DNA from: an uncultured Acidobacteriota bacterium
Lineage (GTDB): Bacteria > Acidobacteriota > Terriglobia > Terriglobales > Acidobacteriaceae
NCBI GenBank assembly: GCA_963696635.1
Contig: CAVOKX010000014.1
Span: forward strand, 256,234 to 320,233
DNA length: 64,000 nt
Reading direction: 5' to 3'
In this document: positions 1-9,361 of the stretch, in pieces
Position numbering within the stretch: the stretch's first letter is position 1
How the letters are laid out: every line of letters begins with the position of its first letter
Translations under genes and position numbers: made by a program
Notes under the pieces: model-generated
The model's database searches: none
What the model saw: only the letters and a program-made list of their open reading frames with translations
Told to the model about the DNA's origin: nothing

Positions 1-243
1 GCCTCAGCGCTGCAAAGACTGCAAGAGGCTCTGAAAGACCCGAACGGAAGCATTGTCGTAGCTCCCTTGGACGCGGCAGTGTCCGAGGCTGTGCAGAGGA
101 TCCCCAGGGACACGGTACCGGATATGCCGGATCGCATCATTGCGGCAACTGCTGCTCACTTGGACGCCGAACTCGTTACGCGCGACCGTCGGCTGCATTT
201 CGCTGGGGCTCTCAAGACGATGGGAATTCGAATCGTGTGGTAA
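1..243 (+). CDS. PIN-domain (VapC-like) toxin, C-terminal part; 5' end outside window
   Basis: Frame +1 is open from base 1 to TAA at 241-243. The translation ...VPDMPDRIIAATAAHLDAELVTRDRRL... resembles the C-terminal 'D.iIaAtA...LvT.D' signature of PIN nucleases. It is absent from the ORF track because no start codon lies in the window. Confidence 0.5.
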   Translation, partial: ASALQRLQEALKDPNGSIVVAPLDAAVSEAVQRIPRDTVPDMPDRIIAATAAHLDAELVTRDRRLHFAGALKTMGIRIVW

Positions 244-610
244 TGGAGAGGTGGCAATTCATTCGCTGCGCAGGTTTTGATGGCAGCTGTGTCCCGCTGA
301 TTAATTCGTGCGGAGCAGTCTTTCTCCAGACCCACCCTGCGTCCGCTGCGATGGAAAAAGCTGAAGGGTTCCGATCTGGGGTTTAGAGGAGACGCAACGG
401 TAATCATAAGAGCGGGAAAAAACAATTCGGAGAAAGAACTGTTGGGAATGATCGTTATGTAAAATGCTCCTGCAGTCGCGAGCTGAGCGCCTCTGTTCCC
501 TTGCGTCGCGATGCGCTTCCGATCAGCCCAAGCACTACCGGCTTTGGGGCGGTGAGGCGCGAGCGTATTCTTGATGGCTTCTTTCCCATGCCCCGACACA
601 CCACAACGCA

Positions 611-641
611 AAAGCCCCGAGATTGACTCGGGGCTTTGAAT
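611..641 (-). terminator. Intrinsic terminator-like hairpin downstream of rpoD
   Basis: AAAGCCCCGAG-ATTGA-CTCGGGGCTTT is a perfect 11-bp stem. On the minus strand it runs into TTTT(G), about 100 nt after the rpoD stop at 739. Confidence 0.5.
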
Positions 642-738
642 CGTACTGGACGACGCCTGCCAACTTCAATCTTAGTCTCCTCTGGCGAGGCGTCAAGTAA
701 CCAAAGGCGAGCAGGAGTGTCCGCGCTACACGAGTCTG

Positions 739-2430
739 CTAGTCCCGCACTCCGTCCATGAACGCGCGCAGCTTTCGTGAGCGCGAGGGATGACGGAGCT
801 TGCGTAGTGCTTTGGCTTCGATCTGGCGGATGCGTTCGCGAGTCACGGCGAAGGACTGGCCTACTTCTTCGAGCGTGTGCTCGCTGCCGTCTTCCAGGCC
901 GAAGCGCATCTTGATGACTTTTTCTTCGCGCGGCGTTAGCGTACGCAGCACCTGCGAGGTTTGGTCTTTCAAGTTGACGTTGATCACGGCCTCGGCGGGT
1001 GAGACTACGGCGCGGTCTTCGATGAAGTCGCCCAGGTGCGAATCTTCCTCTTCGCCAATTGGGGTTTCGAGGGAGATCGGTTCCTGCGCGATCTTCAGCA
1101 CCTTACGCACCTTGGCCACCGGGATGTCCATGCGCTTGGCAATTTCTTCCGAGGTGGGCTCGCGTCCCAGCTCCTGCACCAGCTGCCGCGAGGTGCGGAT
1201 CAACTTATTGATCGTCTCGATCATGTGCACGGGGATGCGAATCGTACGCGCTTGATCAGCAATTGCACGAGTAATTGCCTGCCGAATCCACCACGTGGCG
1301 TAAGTGGAGAACTTGTAGCCGCGCCGATATTCGAATTTGTCCACGGCTTTCATCAGGCCGATGTTGCCTTCCTGAATCAGATCGAGGAACTGCAAGCCGC
1401 GGTTGGTGTACTTCTTGGCAATAGAAACCACGAGGCGGAGGTTGGCTTCGATCAGCTCGCGCTTGGCCTGCTCCGCGTCCATGTCGCCCTGGATGATCTC
1501 GCGCTGGGTGCGCTTGAGCTCCTGGAACGACACTCCAGCTTCGATTTCGAGCTTTTCCAGTTCAGTGCGGATGGCGCGTGATTGGCGCCGGTATTCCTTG
1601 CGCTGCTCTTCACTGCGCGTCGCGTCGGCTTTTTTTTCCAGGTTCGTGGACTGGCGGTCGAGCGAGCGCATCATGTCGACGGTTTTGTTGGCCCGGTCGA
1701 TGAGGCGCTTGCGTTCCGTATTAGTGAAACCCAACCTGCGGACACACAGAGAGACATCAACAATGGCGCGAGCCAGCGCGATGCGGTATCGACGATAGTC
1801 CTTAGGGCGCTTCTTCTGCGAGACCGCGGCAAACTTTTCCAGAAGCTGATTGGCCTTTTTGTACGCCTTGGCCAGATCGTCGATCTTGCCGGTGAATTCT
1901 TTCAGGCGATTCTGCAGAATTTCGTCGGTGATCTCTTCTTCATCGAAGGTGACCACTTCCTTGATGGAGCGGACGCCTTTCTTGAGGTCTTCGCCCATCG
2001 CCAACAATTCGTTGATAACGATTGGAGAGCGCGAGAGAGCCTTCAGAACGCGCAGTTGTCCACGCTCGATGCGCTTGGCGATTTCAACTTCACCTTCGCG
2101 AGTGAGCAGCGGAACCGTGCCCATCTCACGCAAATACATGCGGACGGGGTCGTTAGTTTTTTCCAGAGCGCCGGGGGTTAGGTCGAGTTCGACGTCCTCG
2201 CCGACTTCGTCTTCGTCGAACTTTTTATCGAGCGCGGAGGAGGGCAGCTTCGGTCCCTCCAGCACATCGATTCCTTGCGTACCAATAGTGGTGAGCAGAT
2301 CGTCGAGGTCTTCGGGAGAGTGCACGTCGTGCGGGATCAGGTCATTGACCTGGTCGTAAGTGAGATATCCCTTCTCTTTCCCCGTATCGATCAGCTTTTT
2401 AATGTCGTCGTACTTGTCGTCAAGAGCCAA
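739..2430 (-). CDS. rpoD: RNA polymerase primary sigma factor (sigma-70)
   Basis: 563 aa. Region 2 '[29 protein letters not shown]'; region 4.2 '[30 protein letters not shown]'. Sits downstream of dnaG, as in the classical operon. Confidence 0.95.
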   Translation of the reverse strand: MALDDKYDDIKKLIDTGKEKGYLTYDQVNDLIPHDVHSPEDLDDLLTTIGTQGIDVLEGPKLPSSALDKKFDEDEVGEDVELDLTPGALEKTNDPVRMYLREMGTVPLLTREGEVEIAKRIERGQLRVLKALSRSPIVINELLAMGEDLKKGVRSIKEVVTFDEEEITDEILQNRLKEFTGKIDDLAKAYKKANQLLEKFAAVSQKKRPKDYRRYRIALARAIVDVSLCVRRLGFTNTERKRLIDRANKTVDMMRSLDRQSTNLEKKADATRSEEQRKEYRRQSRAIRTELEKLEIEAGVSFQELKRTQREIIQGDMDAEQAKRELIEANLRLVVSIAKKYTNRGLQFLDLIQEGNIGLMKAVDKFEYRRGYKFSTYATWWIRQAITRAIADQARTIRIPVHMIETINKLIRTSRQLVQELGREPTSEEIAKRMDIPVAKVRKVLKIAQEPISLETPIGEEEDSHLGDFIEDRAVVSPAEAVINVNLKDQTSQVLRTLTPREEKVIKMRFGLEDGSEHTLEEVGQSFAVTRERIRQIEAKALRKLRHPSRSRKLRAFMDGVRD

Positions 2431-2641
2431 TGCGGATTACCCTCAAGTCGTCCCATGGAAGGACGTTGAAACGTCGTTGGTAGCGGTGGGAACGTGAAGT
2501 GGCGGGATTAGCGCCGACACAAACCTTCAAAGTATAGCACAGAAAGCGCTTCTCGCCGATCGCAATTTTTCAACCAGAAAATTTCCGCCGCCTATGTTGC
2601 CCGCCGTTAATAACTTAGATGGCAAAAGAGCTCATTTAGTT

Positions 2642-4621
2642 TCAGGGTTCCAGGGGTATTTGAGAGGGCCTCTGGCCGGAGGCCTGGTCCGCCAAGCTGG
2701 GATCCATCAGAGCCCGCTTGAGCCGGTCCTTTTCCCGTAGCAAGAAGCGCAGCCGGTCGGGTTCGTGCTTTTTCGCCGCCTGCAGTTCCCGCTGAACCTC
2801 TTCCATTTGGCGCCTGAACTGGATGCGCCGCAAGGCTCGCACCGCACCCTCCAGGCGCTCGGCTGTAAGATCCTCGTTTTCTTTCAGCAGAATTGCCGCC
2901 AGCAGATTACGGTCCGCATCCGGCAGCGGCAATTCCATAAGATCGGGTGATTCCGGCGCGGAGTTAAGCAGGGTTTCGATCAGTGACTCGGTAGCTAATC
3001 CAATGTGCAGGAGTTCGCTTTTAAGAACAAAATGGGCTTGGCGGGCAGGATCGAACTCTTCTTCAGCGCCATCGCGGGCTGAGAAGTGTTCCTGAGAAGT
3101 CTGCATTTCGCTGCCCGAAGTTAACGCCCGAATCAAGAGCTTCTCCGCATCGGTGACTTGAGCCTCGACCGCGGCTTTCAGGGTGGCGGTCGAGCGGTTG
3201 GCGGCCGCATGTTTGAGTTCTTGCCGGAGAACGGCAGAATCGATGCCGAGTTTTTGCGCGATCTCGCGGGTTAGTTCGTCGCGCACGATGCGGCTGGGCA
3301 CTCGCTGGATATGGGGCAGGAGATAATTCAGCGCCTTCACTTTTCCCTCAGCCCTGCGAATGGGAAACTGGCTCTGGGCGCGCTCGATCAGGTAATCAAA
3401 ATAGCGTTGCGAGTGCTTGAGCGCCTCGCCATAGGCATCCTTGCCTTTTCGCCGGATGAAGAGATCGGGGTCAAAGCCGGCTTCGAGCGTCAACACTTTG
3501 ATCTGGAAGTCATCTTCGACCAGAAGACCCAAGGTGCGTTCTGTGGCCTTGGCACCGGCGGTGTCGGGATCGAAATTCACGACTACGTTCTTGCTGAAGC
3601 GGCCGAGCAACCTGGCCTGAAGTTCAGTGAAGGCGGTGCCGGAACTGGCAATCACATTGTGAAAGCCGGCCGCGTAAACCGAAATACAATCCATTTGGCC
3701 CTCGACCAGGATGGCGTAATCCAGCTTGCGAATGGCTTCTTTGGCCTGATCGAGATTGAACAGGACACGAGACTTGGAGTAGATCGCGGTCTCCGGGGAG
3801 TTGAGATATTTCGGTCCGGCTTTCTCATCGGTAGCAAGCGTGCGCCCGGTGAAGGCGATCACTCGGCCGGTCTCGTTGGTAATGGGAAATACGATGCGGT
3901 TGCGGAATTTGGAGTAAATCGTCGTTGGCGGTTGGTCGTTGGTCGTTGGTTTTTCATCCTGGTCGGAATCGGACAAACTGATTGCGGGCTGTGCAGTGGG
4001 GGCAAGGGAGTTGCTTTGCTGAGAGCTTACAGCTGAGGGTTGAGAGTTTTCTTTCCACGAGAACAGGCCGCTTGCCCGCAAGACCTCCTCGTCGAACTCT
4101 CCCTTCAGACGATCTTTGAGCAAAAACCCTGAATCCGGTGCGTAGCCGATGCGAAAGGCTCGAATGACTTCCTGGCTCAATCCGCGCCCTGCAAGATAGT
4201 CGCGGGCACGGGCGCCCTCGGCGCGTCGCAGACATTCCTGGAAAAATGCAACCGCACGCTCGTGGATTTCGAGCAGCACGGTGCGCAGTTTGGCGTCGTG
4301 GGCTTCGGCAGGACTGCTGTAGCTGAGCTTAGGGAGCGCAATTCCCAGCTTTTGCGCCACTGCCCTCACGGCTTCCGGGAAGGTAATGTTCTCGATTTTC
4401 TGCACGAAGGCGAATACATCCCCTGACTCGCCGCAGCCGAAGCAGTGATAGAACTGCCGGGTTGCATGAACCGAAAACGACGGTGTCTTCTCGTTGTGGA
4501 ATGGGCAAAGCCCGGAATAGTTTTGGGCTCCCGCTTTCTTTAACTTGACGTAGTCGCCGACGACACGGACGATGTCGGCCTGCTGCTTGACGATTTCTTT
4601 GAAATCGGTGGCGTCGGTCAT
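2642..4621 (-). CDS. dnaG: DNA primase
   Basis: Zinc ribbon 'CPFHNEKTPSFSVH..YHCFGCGESGD'; TOPRIM 'ILVEGQMDCISV' and 'VVNFDPDTAG'. The ATG at 4621 (MTDATDFKEI...) is preferred over the TTG at 4657. Carries a low-complexity insert ('SQQSNSLAPTAQPAISLSDSDQDEKPTTNDQPPTT'). Confidence 0.9.
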   Translation of the reverse strand: MTDATDFKEIVKQQADIVRVVGDYVKLKKAGAQNYSGLCPFHNEKTPSFSVHATRQFYHCFGCGESGDVFAFVQKIENITFPEAVRAVAQKLGIALPKLSYSSPAEAHDAKLRTVLLEIHERAVAFFQECLRRAEGARARDYLAGRGLSQEVIRAFRIGYAPDSGFLLKDRLKGEFDEEVLRASGLFSWKENSQPSAVSSQQSNSLAPTAQPAISLSDSDQDEKPTTNDQPPTTIYSKFRNRIVFPITNETGRVIAFTGRTLATDEKAGPKYLNSPETAIYSKSRVLFNLDQAKEAIRKLDYAILVEGQMDCISVYAAGFHNVIASSGTAFTELQARLLGRFSKNVVVNFDPDTAGAKATERTLGLLVEDDFQIKVLTLEAGFDPDLFIRRKGKDAYGEALKHSQRYFDYLIERAQSQFPIRRAEGKVKALNYLLPHIQRVPSRIVRDELTREIAQKLGIDSAVLRQELKHAAANRSTATLKAAVEAQVTDAEKLLIRALTSGSEMQTSQEHFSARDGAEEEFDPARQAHFVLKSELLHIGLATESLIETLLNSAPESPDLMELPLPDADRNLLAAILLKENEDLTAERLEGAVRALRRIQFRRQMEEVQRELQAAKKHEPDRLRFLLREKDRLKRALMDPSLADQASGQRPSQIPLEP

Positions 4622-4783
4622 GAGTGGCGACAATTCTCCGCAGGAATTCTCAGGCAAAAAGGAACAGCAAGGAATATAGCAGTGGACTTGCGTGGCGGAA
4701 AACCTGTGAATTTTTATAGTTATCGGTTGAGGCGAGAGGAAAACCGGGATTTATTCTGCTCTTTGGTTCCTCTGAATGAGTTC

Positions 4784-5608
4784 TTACGCCTTCAGGTCCT
4801 GCCTTGCCTTCTCTGCAATCAACGGCATTTGTGCTGCGGTGGCGAGATGGACGGCATTCTCATTGAAAGCGTCCAATGCAAACTCAATGTCAGGGCGCTG
4901 GCGGTCCAGGTCATCGGCGACAACAGCAGTTAGCTGTGCATTCTGGGCTTTTTCAGAGAAGCACTTTGCAATGCGGGGGAAGCGGCTCGCAAGAACAATC
5001 GCCTGGTTAATGCTCGCCTTCAGCGGAACCGACTGAAAGAATCGGACCTCGGTCCCGACTTCATATCCGAAATCGAAGACGAGTGGGTCTCCCTTCTTCG
5101 CCGTATATTTGGATGCTGGGATTTGTGTTCCGATCAACCCCCAGATGCCGGCTCGGGTAAAGGCGTCTTTTATCTGAGCAAGGATCACGGCGCGCTCGCC
5201 CTTTGGGCGGTTTGCGGCTGGCAGTGCTTCCAGTTGGGGCTCTTCCAAATAGAGTGAGCACAAGGTTTCGAGCTCTCGAACTGGCTCCGCGGCCAGGCAC
5301 ACTTTTCGGGGGGAGATCTGGATCACATTCGCGAACGAGTCCTCCAACTTATGCAGCAGCGAGCCTACATCCTGCGGGTGCTGCAATCGCGTGCGAACGT
5401 CGGCTTCGAGAGCCTGCAAGACCTCTATATCAACCCCTCTATCGAGGCAAGTCGCTCGCCGCCAATCGCTGGTCATGCGCACGTCCGCGAAACCGAAACC
5501 GTCAGGCTGCGGCTCGAACAACAACAATCCGATATTTACAAACTCCCCTCTCACAACGTTGGGAACATATCGCAACAAGCAGAACTCGAGTTGCTTCAGA
5601 TCAGCCAT
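4784..5608 (-). CDS. DUF3037-like protein (function unknown)
   Basis: 274 aa. The N-terminus 'LEFCLLRYVPNVVRGEFVNIGLLLFEP' resembles, from memory, the DUF3037 signature (..lRyvPd.vrgEfvNiGvvl.). Lies 73 nt downstream of the kinase-like gene on the same strand. Confidence 0.55.
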   Translation of the reverse strand: MADLKQLEFCLLRYVPNVVRGEFVNIGLLLFEPQPDGFGFADVRMTSDWRRATCLDRGVDIEVLQALEADVRTRLQHPQDVGSLLHKLEDSFANVIQISPRKVCLAAEPVRELETLCSLYLEEPQLEALPAANRPKGERAVILAQIKDAFTRAGIWGLIGTQIPASKYTAKKGDPLVFDFGYEVGTEVRFFQSVPLKASINQAIVLASRFPRIAKCFSEKAQNAQLTAVVADDLDRQRPDIEFALDAFNENAVHLATAAQMPLIAEKARQDLKA

Positions 5609-5681
5609 CGATTTTCGAACCTGGACTCAGGGTCTTGATTTCCAAATACGTGGTCCATCGTGCATGGATCAAGGGGGCAAC

Positions 5682-6488
5682 TCATGCGTCTTCTTTCCAG
5701 TTGGGAAACGGCTGTCTCGGGCACGTCCGAAATGCCATAATTAGCTCGCGTATTCTTGCCCGCCGATCGAGCAGGCAGCGGACGAGTTCTTCGAGCGCGC
5801 CCCAGTCGCTGGCATACCATTCTGGCGGAATTCCGGCGGCACATTCCCAGACAACGTTTTCGTTCATGCCTTCTATCGTCGACAGCCAGGGCTGAAATGA
5901 TTCCCAGCCGCGCACGCTCAAATACACTTCATTCTGGGCATACACGCCACGCAGCGGATAATCGGGGAATGTCCACTCGCCGGCGTTGAAGCAATATCCC
6001 TGATCAATGAACGTGACTGTGTACTTTTTCTCTCGCGTTTTTCGCCAGAACGCTGCCTGTCGTCCGTTGGAATTTGCAGTCCACTTGTCGAGCGCCAGCA
6101 TCCCGGCAAATGTCCCAAGGTTTCGCACTCGTTCCAGCATGGCCGCGGGAAAGTAATCGAAGATCTGTCCTTGCAACGGGTCGACTACGTACCGGGAACC
6201 GAACTGTAGTCCTGGCTGGCACGGGATCACACTGCCGGCAAGCTGAATGTTAAGTTCGGCTGAGTTCTGCACCAGCCAGTCGCCCACTTCCACGACCTCT
6301 GTGGACGGAACCGGCAATCCGGCCGCCTCGGCGAGTCGCGTGGCCAGCAATTCATTCGCCAGCACGCGCAAATGTTGAGGATTGTTGACGAACTTCACCA
6401 CGTAGAAATTTCCATCGGAGCAGCGCATCATGTGCCCCTGTGCGCCGCCCCGCATTCTTCGCACGTGTTGCACAGCAAGCACCGCCAA
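5682..6488 (-). CDS. HipA-family-like (PI3/4-kinase fold) protein kinase homolog, possibly catalytically divergent
   Basis: 268 aa with a TTG start. 'RRMRGGAQGHMMRCSDGNFYVVKFVNNPQHLRVLANELLATRLAEAAGLPVP' looks like an ATP-binding lobe. It also has the catalytic-loop-like 'LDKWTANSNGRQ' and the DxG-like 'FIDQGYCF'. The assignment rests on motif resemblance only. Confidence 0.5.
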   Translation of the reverse strand: MAVLAVQHVRRMRGGAQGHMMRCSDGNFYVVKFVNNPQHLRVLANELLATRLAEAAGLPVPSTEVVEVGDWLVQNSAELNIQLAGSVIPCQPGLQFGSRYVVDPLQGQIFDYFPAAMLERVRNLGTFAGMLALDKWTANSNGRQAAFWRKTREKKYTVTFIDQGYCFNAGEWTFPDYPLRGVYAQNEVYLSVRGWESFQPWLSTIEGMNENVVWECAAGIPPEWYASDWGALEELVRCLLDRRARIRELIMAFRTCPRQPFPNWKEDA

Positions 6489-6493
6489 ATGGC

Positions 6494-6546
6494 AAGTCCT
6501 CGAAGGTACCCAAAAGGCTTCATCGTACCCCTACTTTCGAGGACTT
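6494..6546 (-). promoter_or_regulatory. Leader hairpin sequestering the kinase-gene Shine-Dalgarno
   Basis: AAGTCCTCGAA (6494-6504) and TTCGAGGACTT (6536-6546) form a perfect 11-bp inverted repeat. On the mRNA strand the 3' arm contains GAGGA, 8 nt upstream of the TTG start at 6488. Confidence 0.4.
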
Positions 6547-6679
6547 GATGTGACGTGTGGACATTGAAGCGGTGTGGATTTCTTGGGAGACCATCCTGAC
6601 GACTTCCCAGTGTCCGGAGTCAGAAGCTCATTGATCTGATTTGGCTGACTTCGACGAGGGAAGAGTCGCGTCCCCTCAG

Positions 6680-6732
6680 GGGCTGAAGCCCTTTGTCTAG
6701 AAGGGAGCTTGCGGCGCGTCTGAAGACGCGCC
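6680..6732. repeat. REP-like palindromic repeats (two hairpins with TGAA/TTCA loop)
   Basis: GGGC-TGAA-GCCC (6680-6691) and GGCGCGTC-TGAA-GACGCGCC (6713-6732). Same architecture as the copies at 23978-24029, 46002-46021 and 50494-50513. Confidence 0.55.
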
Positions 6733-6793
6733 CTTTCAAAGCTGTTCGGCCTATTTAACGAATTCGTGAGTCAGCCTCGAACGCCGCGGGGCA

Positions 6794-9271
6794 TTACACT
6801 CGTAACTCTATGACAGTCGCCCCCCCGCCGCCTTCATTTTGCGGAGGCTCGGTAACGGATTCTACATGGGGATGCTTCTGCAAATACTGACGGAGCGCCT
6901 TTCGCAGAATGCCCATACCGCTGCCATGAACGACCCGGACGCGCGGGAGCCCGGCCAGGAAAGCACGGTCTACGAATTTCTCAACCTCCCGGGTGGCGTC
7001 GTCGACCGTGCGACCGATTACGTTGATCTCGGACGGGGTGCTCTGGTTCTCGCTTTCGAGCGAAACCGAAATTCCTCGGGCGCGGGCAGCTTTCAGCGGA
7101 GAGTCCGAGGAGCGCAGCAGCACGTCGGCAATATCCTCGCGCGCGATTTTCATCTTCATGGCGCCGATCTCGACTTCGAAGTGGTTGTCGTCGATTCGAC
7201 GGGCTATTACGGCGGGACGGCCGACAGACTTCAGCTTGACCGTATCGCCCTCGGAGACGTGTTTCACGAGCTGTGGCTGGGCCTGAGGGTCACCCTGGTC
7301 GGCGCCGGTTGAGTGGGCTACAACGGCCGAATCAAACTGCTCGCGAAATTCGCGGCGTAACTTCGAGACGCGGCGTTCGGCGTCTTTAGACAGCTTTTGT
7401 GCTGCCACGCGATCCTCGATGGCGTTGACCATCTCGCGCGCGTGATATTCGAAGTCGCGTAGCAGGGTGTCGAGTTTCTTTTCCATTTCTTTGACTTTGG
7501 CTTGCTGTTCTTTTTTGCCCTCCGCGGCAAGACTAGCCTTTTCTCGTTGAATTTCTTCTTCGCGGGCGCGCAAGCCCAACCGCTCGGCTTCTACCTCACG
7601 CAATTCGGCGTGGAGGCGGTCCAGGAATTGGCCGACATCCCGCGCCTGCGACCCCAAGCGGGCACGGGCCGCGTCAATGATCGTCGGATTGAGCCCAAGT
7701 CGCTGGGCGATGTTGATGCCGGCAGAGGCGCCGGGAACGCCGATCTTTAGCTCATAGGTGGGCTGCAGCGTGGCTTCGTCGAACCCAACGGAAGCGTTTA
7801 TCACTCCCGCGGTGTTCGCGCCGAAAACCTTCAGCGAGGTGTGATGCGTGGAGATAATGGTGCTGCATCCGATGAGGCGGAAATGTTCAGCAATGGCGAC
7901 CGCCAGAGCCGCGCCTTCTTCGGGATCGGTGGCGGAGCCAAGTTCGTCGAGCAGCACCAATGACTGTGGCGTCGCAGTGCGTGAAATGAAATCAATGTTG
8001 GTGACGTGGGCGGAGAAGGTGGAAAGATTCTGTTCGATGGACTGGTAGTCGCCAATGTCGGCGAGCACCGCGTCAAATACAGGCAGTTCGGCGCGATCGG
8101 CGGGAACTGGAATCCCGGACTGCGCCATCAGCGCCAGCAAACCAACCGTTTTCAGGACGACCGTCTTGCCTCCCGTATTCGGGCCGGTGATGACGAGTTC
8201 ATGGCCATCGCCTTCGAGTTCAATGGTGGTAGGAACGACGCGGCCACCCTTGGCCTTGAGATTGCGTTCGAGCAGAGGATGGCGAGCTTTGCCGAGAGCG
8301 AGTCGAGCTTTGGTCGACATGGACGGCTGGGGGTGGCCGTCCTCACGTGAGTCTTGCACAGACAAAACCACCGGTACGCAGTTGTATTCCTCCGCAAATC
8401 GCGCCTTGGCAAACTGCAACTCCAGTTCGTTTAATACCGCCCCAGCGGCGAGAATTGGGGCTGCCTGCTCGCCGATGCGCCGAGTCATCTCGACCAGGAT
8501 ACGATGTATTTCCGCTTGCTCCTCATCCAGCAATCGCACCAACTCATTGTTCTGTTCGATGGTTTCGAGGGGTTCGACAAAGACGGTCTGGCCGCTGGAA
8601 CTGGCGCCGTGCACAACACCCTGCACTCGTCGTTTCTGTTCGACCTTGACCGGGATTACGAAGCGCTCGCCGCGGATCGTGACCAACTCGTCCTGCACCG
8701 CGCCACCTTCGGATAAGCGCCGCAGATAGCCCCGCAGAGAATCCTGGATCGAGCGTCGCTGCTTGTCTATGTCGCGGCGAATGCGGGCAAGTTCCGGCGA
8801 GGCCTTATCGTCGAGTGTGCCATCGGGCAGGATCTTGTTGCGAAACGCGCGCAGGAATTCGGTGAAGTCCGCGATCACCGACGAGAGCTCCACTACGGCT
8901 TTCCACTCGAACTTCATGGCGGCAGGGGGACTCAGGGCGATTTCGCGCCACTCGGCGGCACGATCCACCACAAGCACCACGTCCCGAATATCCGTGGTTT
9001 CGAGTGCTGTACCCGCAATTCGAGATTTCTCCACCAGTGGAGTGATGTCGAGAAGGCCCGAAAAATCGAAACATCCGCCTACGCGCCGGAACTCGCGGAT
9101 CTCGCTGGTGAGCAGTTGCTGATTCTCGATCCAGGCGCGGTCGGTGGAAGGCGCGAGGTGAGCAATCAGATCCCGCCCCAGGGGCGAAGAGGTGTATGCA
9201 CTCAGCAAGTCGCGGAGAGAATCGAATTCCAGCACTCGCGCGCCGGTGTGGGAAAGTGGCTGAGGAGGCAT
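6794..9271 (-). CDS. mutS2: Endonuclease MutS2 (MutS-family ATPase with C-terminal Smr domain)
   Basis: 825 aa. Walker A '[17 protein letters not shown]', '[13 protein letters not shown]', and a C-terminal Smr '[16 protein letters not shown]'. Confidence 0.9.
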   Translation of the reverse strand: MPPQPLSHTGARVLEFDSLRDLLSAYTSSPLGRDLIAHLAPSTDRAWIENQQLLTSEIREFRRVGGCFDFSGLLDITPLVEKSRIAGTALETTDIRDVVLVVDRAAEWREIALSPPAAMKFEWKAVVELSSVIADFTEFLRAFRNKILPDGTLDDKASPELARIRRDIDKQRRSIQDSLRGYLRRLSEGGAVQDELVTIRGERFVIPVKVEQKRRVQGVVHGASSSGQTVFVEPLETIEQNNELVRLLDEEQAEIHRILVEMTRRIGEQAAPILAAGAVLNELELQFAKARFAEEYNCVPVVLSVQDSREDGHPQPSMSTKARLALGKARHPLLERNLKAKGGRVVPTTIELEGDGHELVITGPNTGGKTVVLKTVGLLALMAQSGIPVPADRAELPVFDAVLADIGDYQSIEQNLSTFSAHVTNIDFISRTATPQSLVLLDELGSATDPEEGAALAVAIAEHFRLIGCSTIISTHHTSLKVFGANTAGVINASVGFDEATLQPTYELKIGVPGASAGINIAQRLGLNPTIIDAARARLGSQARDVGQFLDRLHAELREVEAERLGLRAREEEIQREKASLAAEGKKEQQAKVKEMEKKLDTLLRDFEYHAREMVNAIEDRVAAQKLSKDAERRVSKLRREFREQFDSAVVAHSTGADQGDPQAQPQLVKHVSEGDTVKLKSVGRPAVIARRIDDNHFEVEIGAMKMKIAREDIADVLLRSSDSPLKAARARGISVSLESENQSTPSEINVIGRTVDDATREVEKFVDRAFLAGLPRVRVVHGSGMGILRKALRQYLQKHPHVESVTEPPQNEGGGGATVIELRV

Positions 9272-9361
9272 CAGAATTCAATGTTACAAGAAGCAGCGGG
9301 CTGCTCTGCTAGAATCATTTTTTGCAGGAAAGGGCATCTTGCCCGCCCAGAAAATACTGCC

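Noticed and set aside
156-611. 151-aa minus-strand ORF
   Set aside because: It overlaps the PIN-domain reading frame, has no recognisable motif and has a non-protein-like sequence. The region is treated as non-coding.
6430-6525. 31-codon upstream ORF in the kinase leader encoding a Cys-rich peptide (..CLLCNTCEEC..)
   Set aside because: It is out of frame, overlaps the kinase start and has no SD. The Cys spacing is probably a chance product of the overlapping frame.
9116-9361. N-terminal extension of the hemB ORF
   Set aside because: It overlaps the mutS2 5' end on the opposite strand. The conserved HemB sequence begins at the ATG at 9362.
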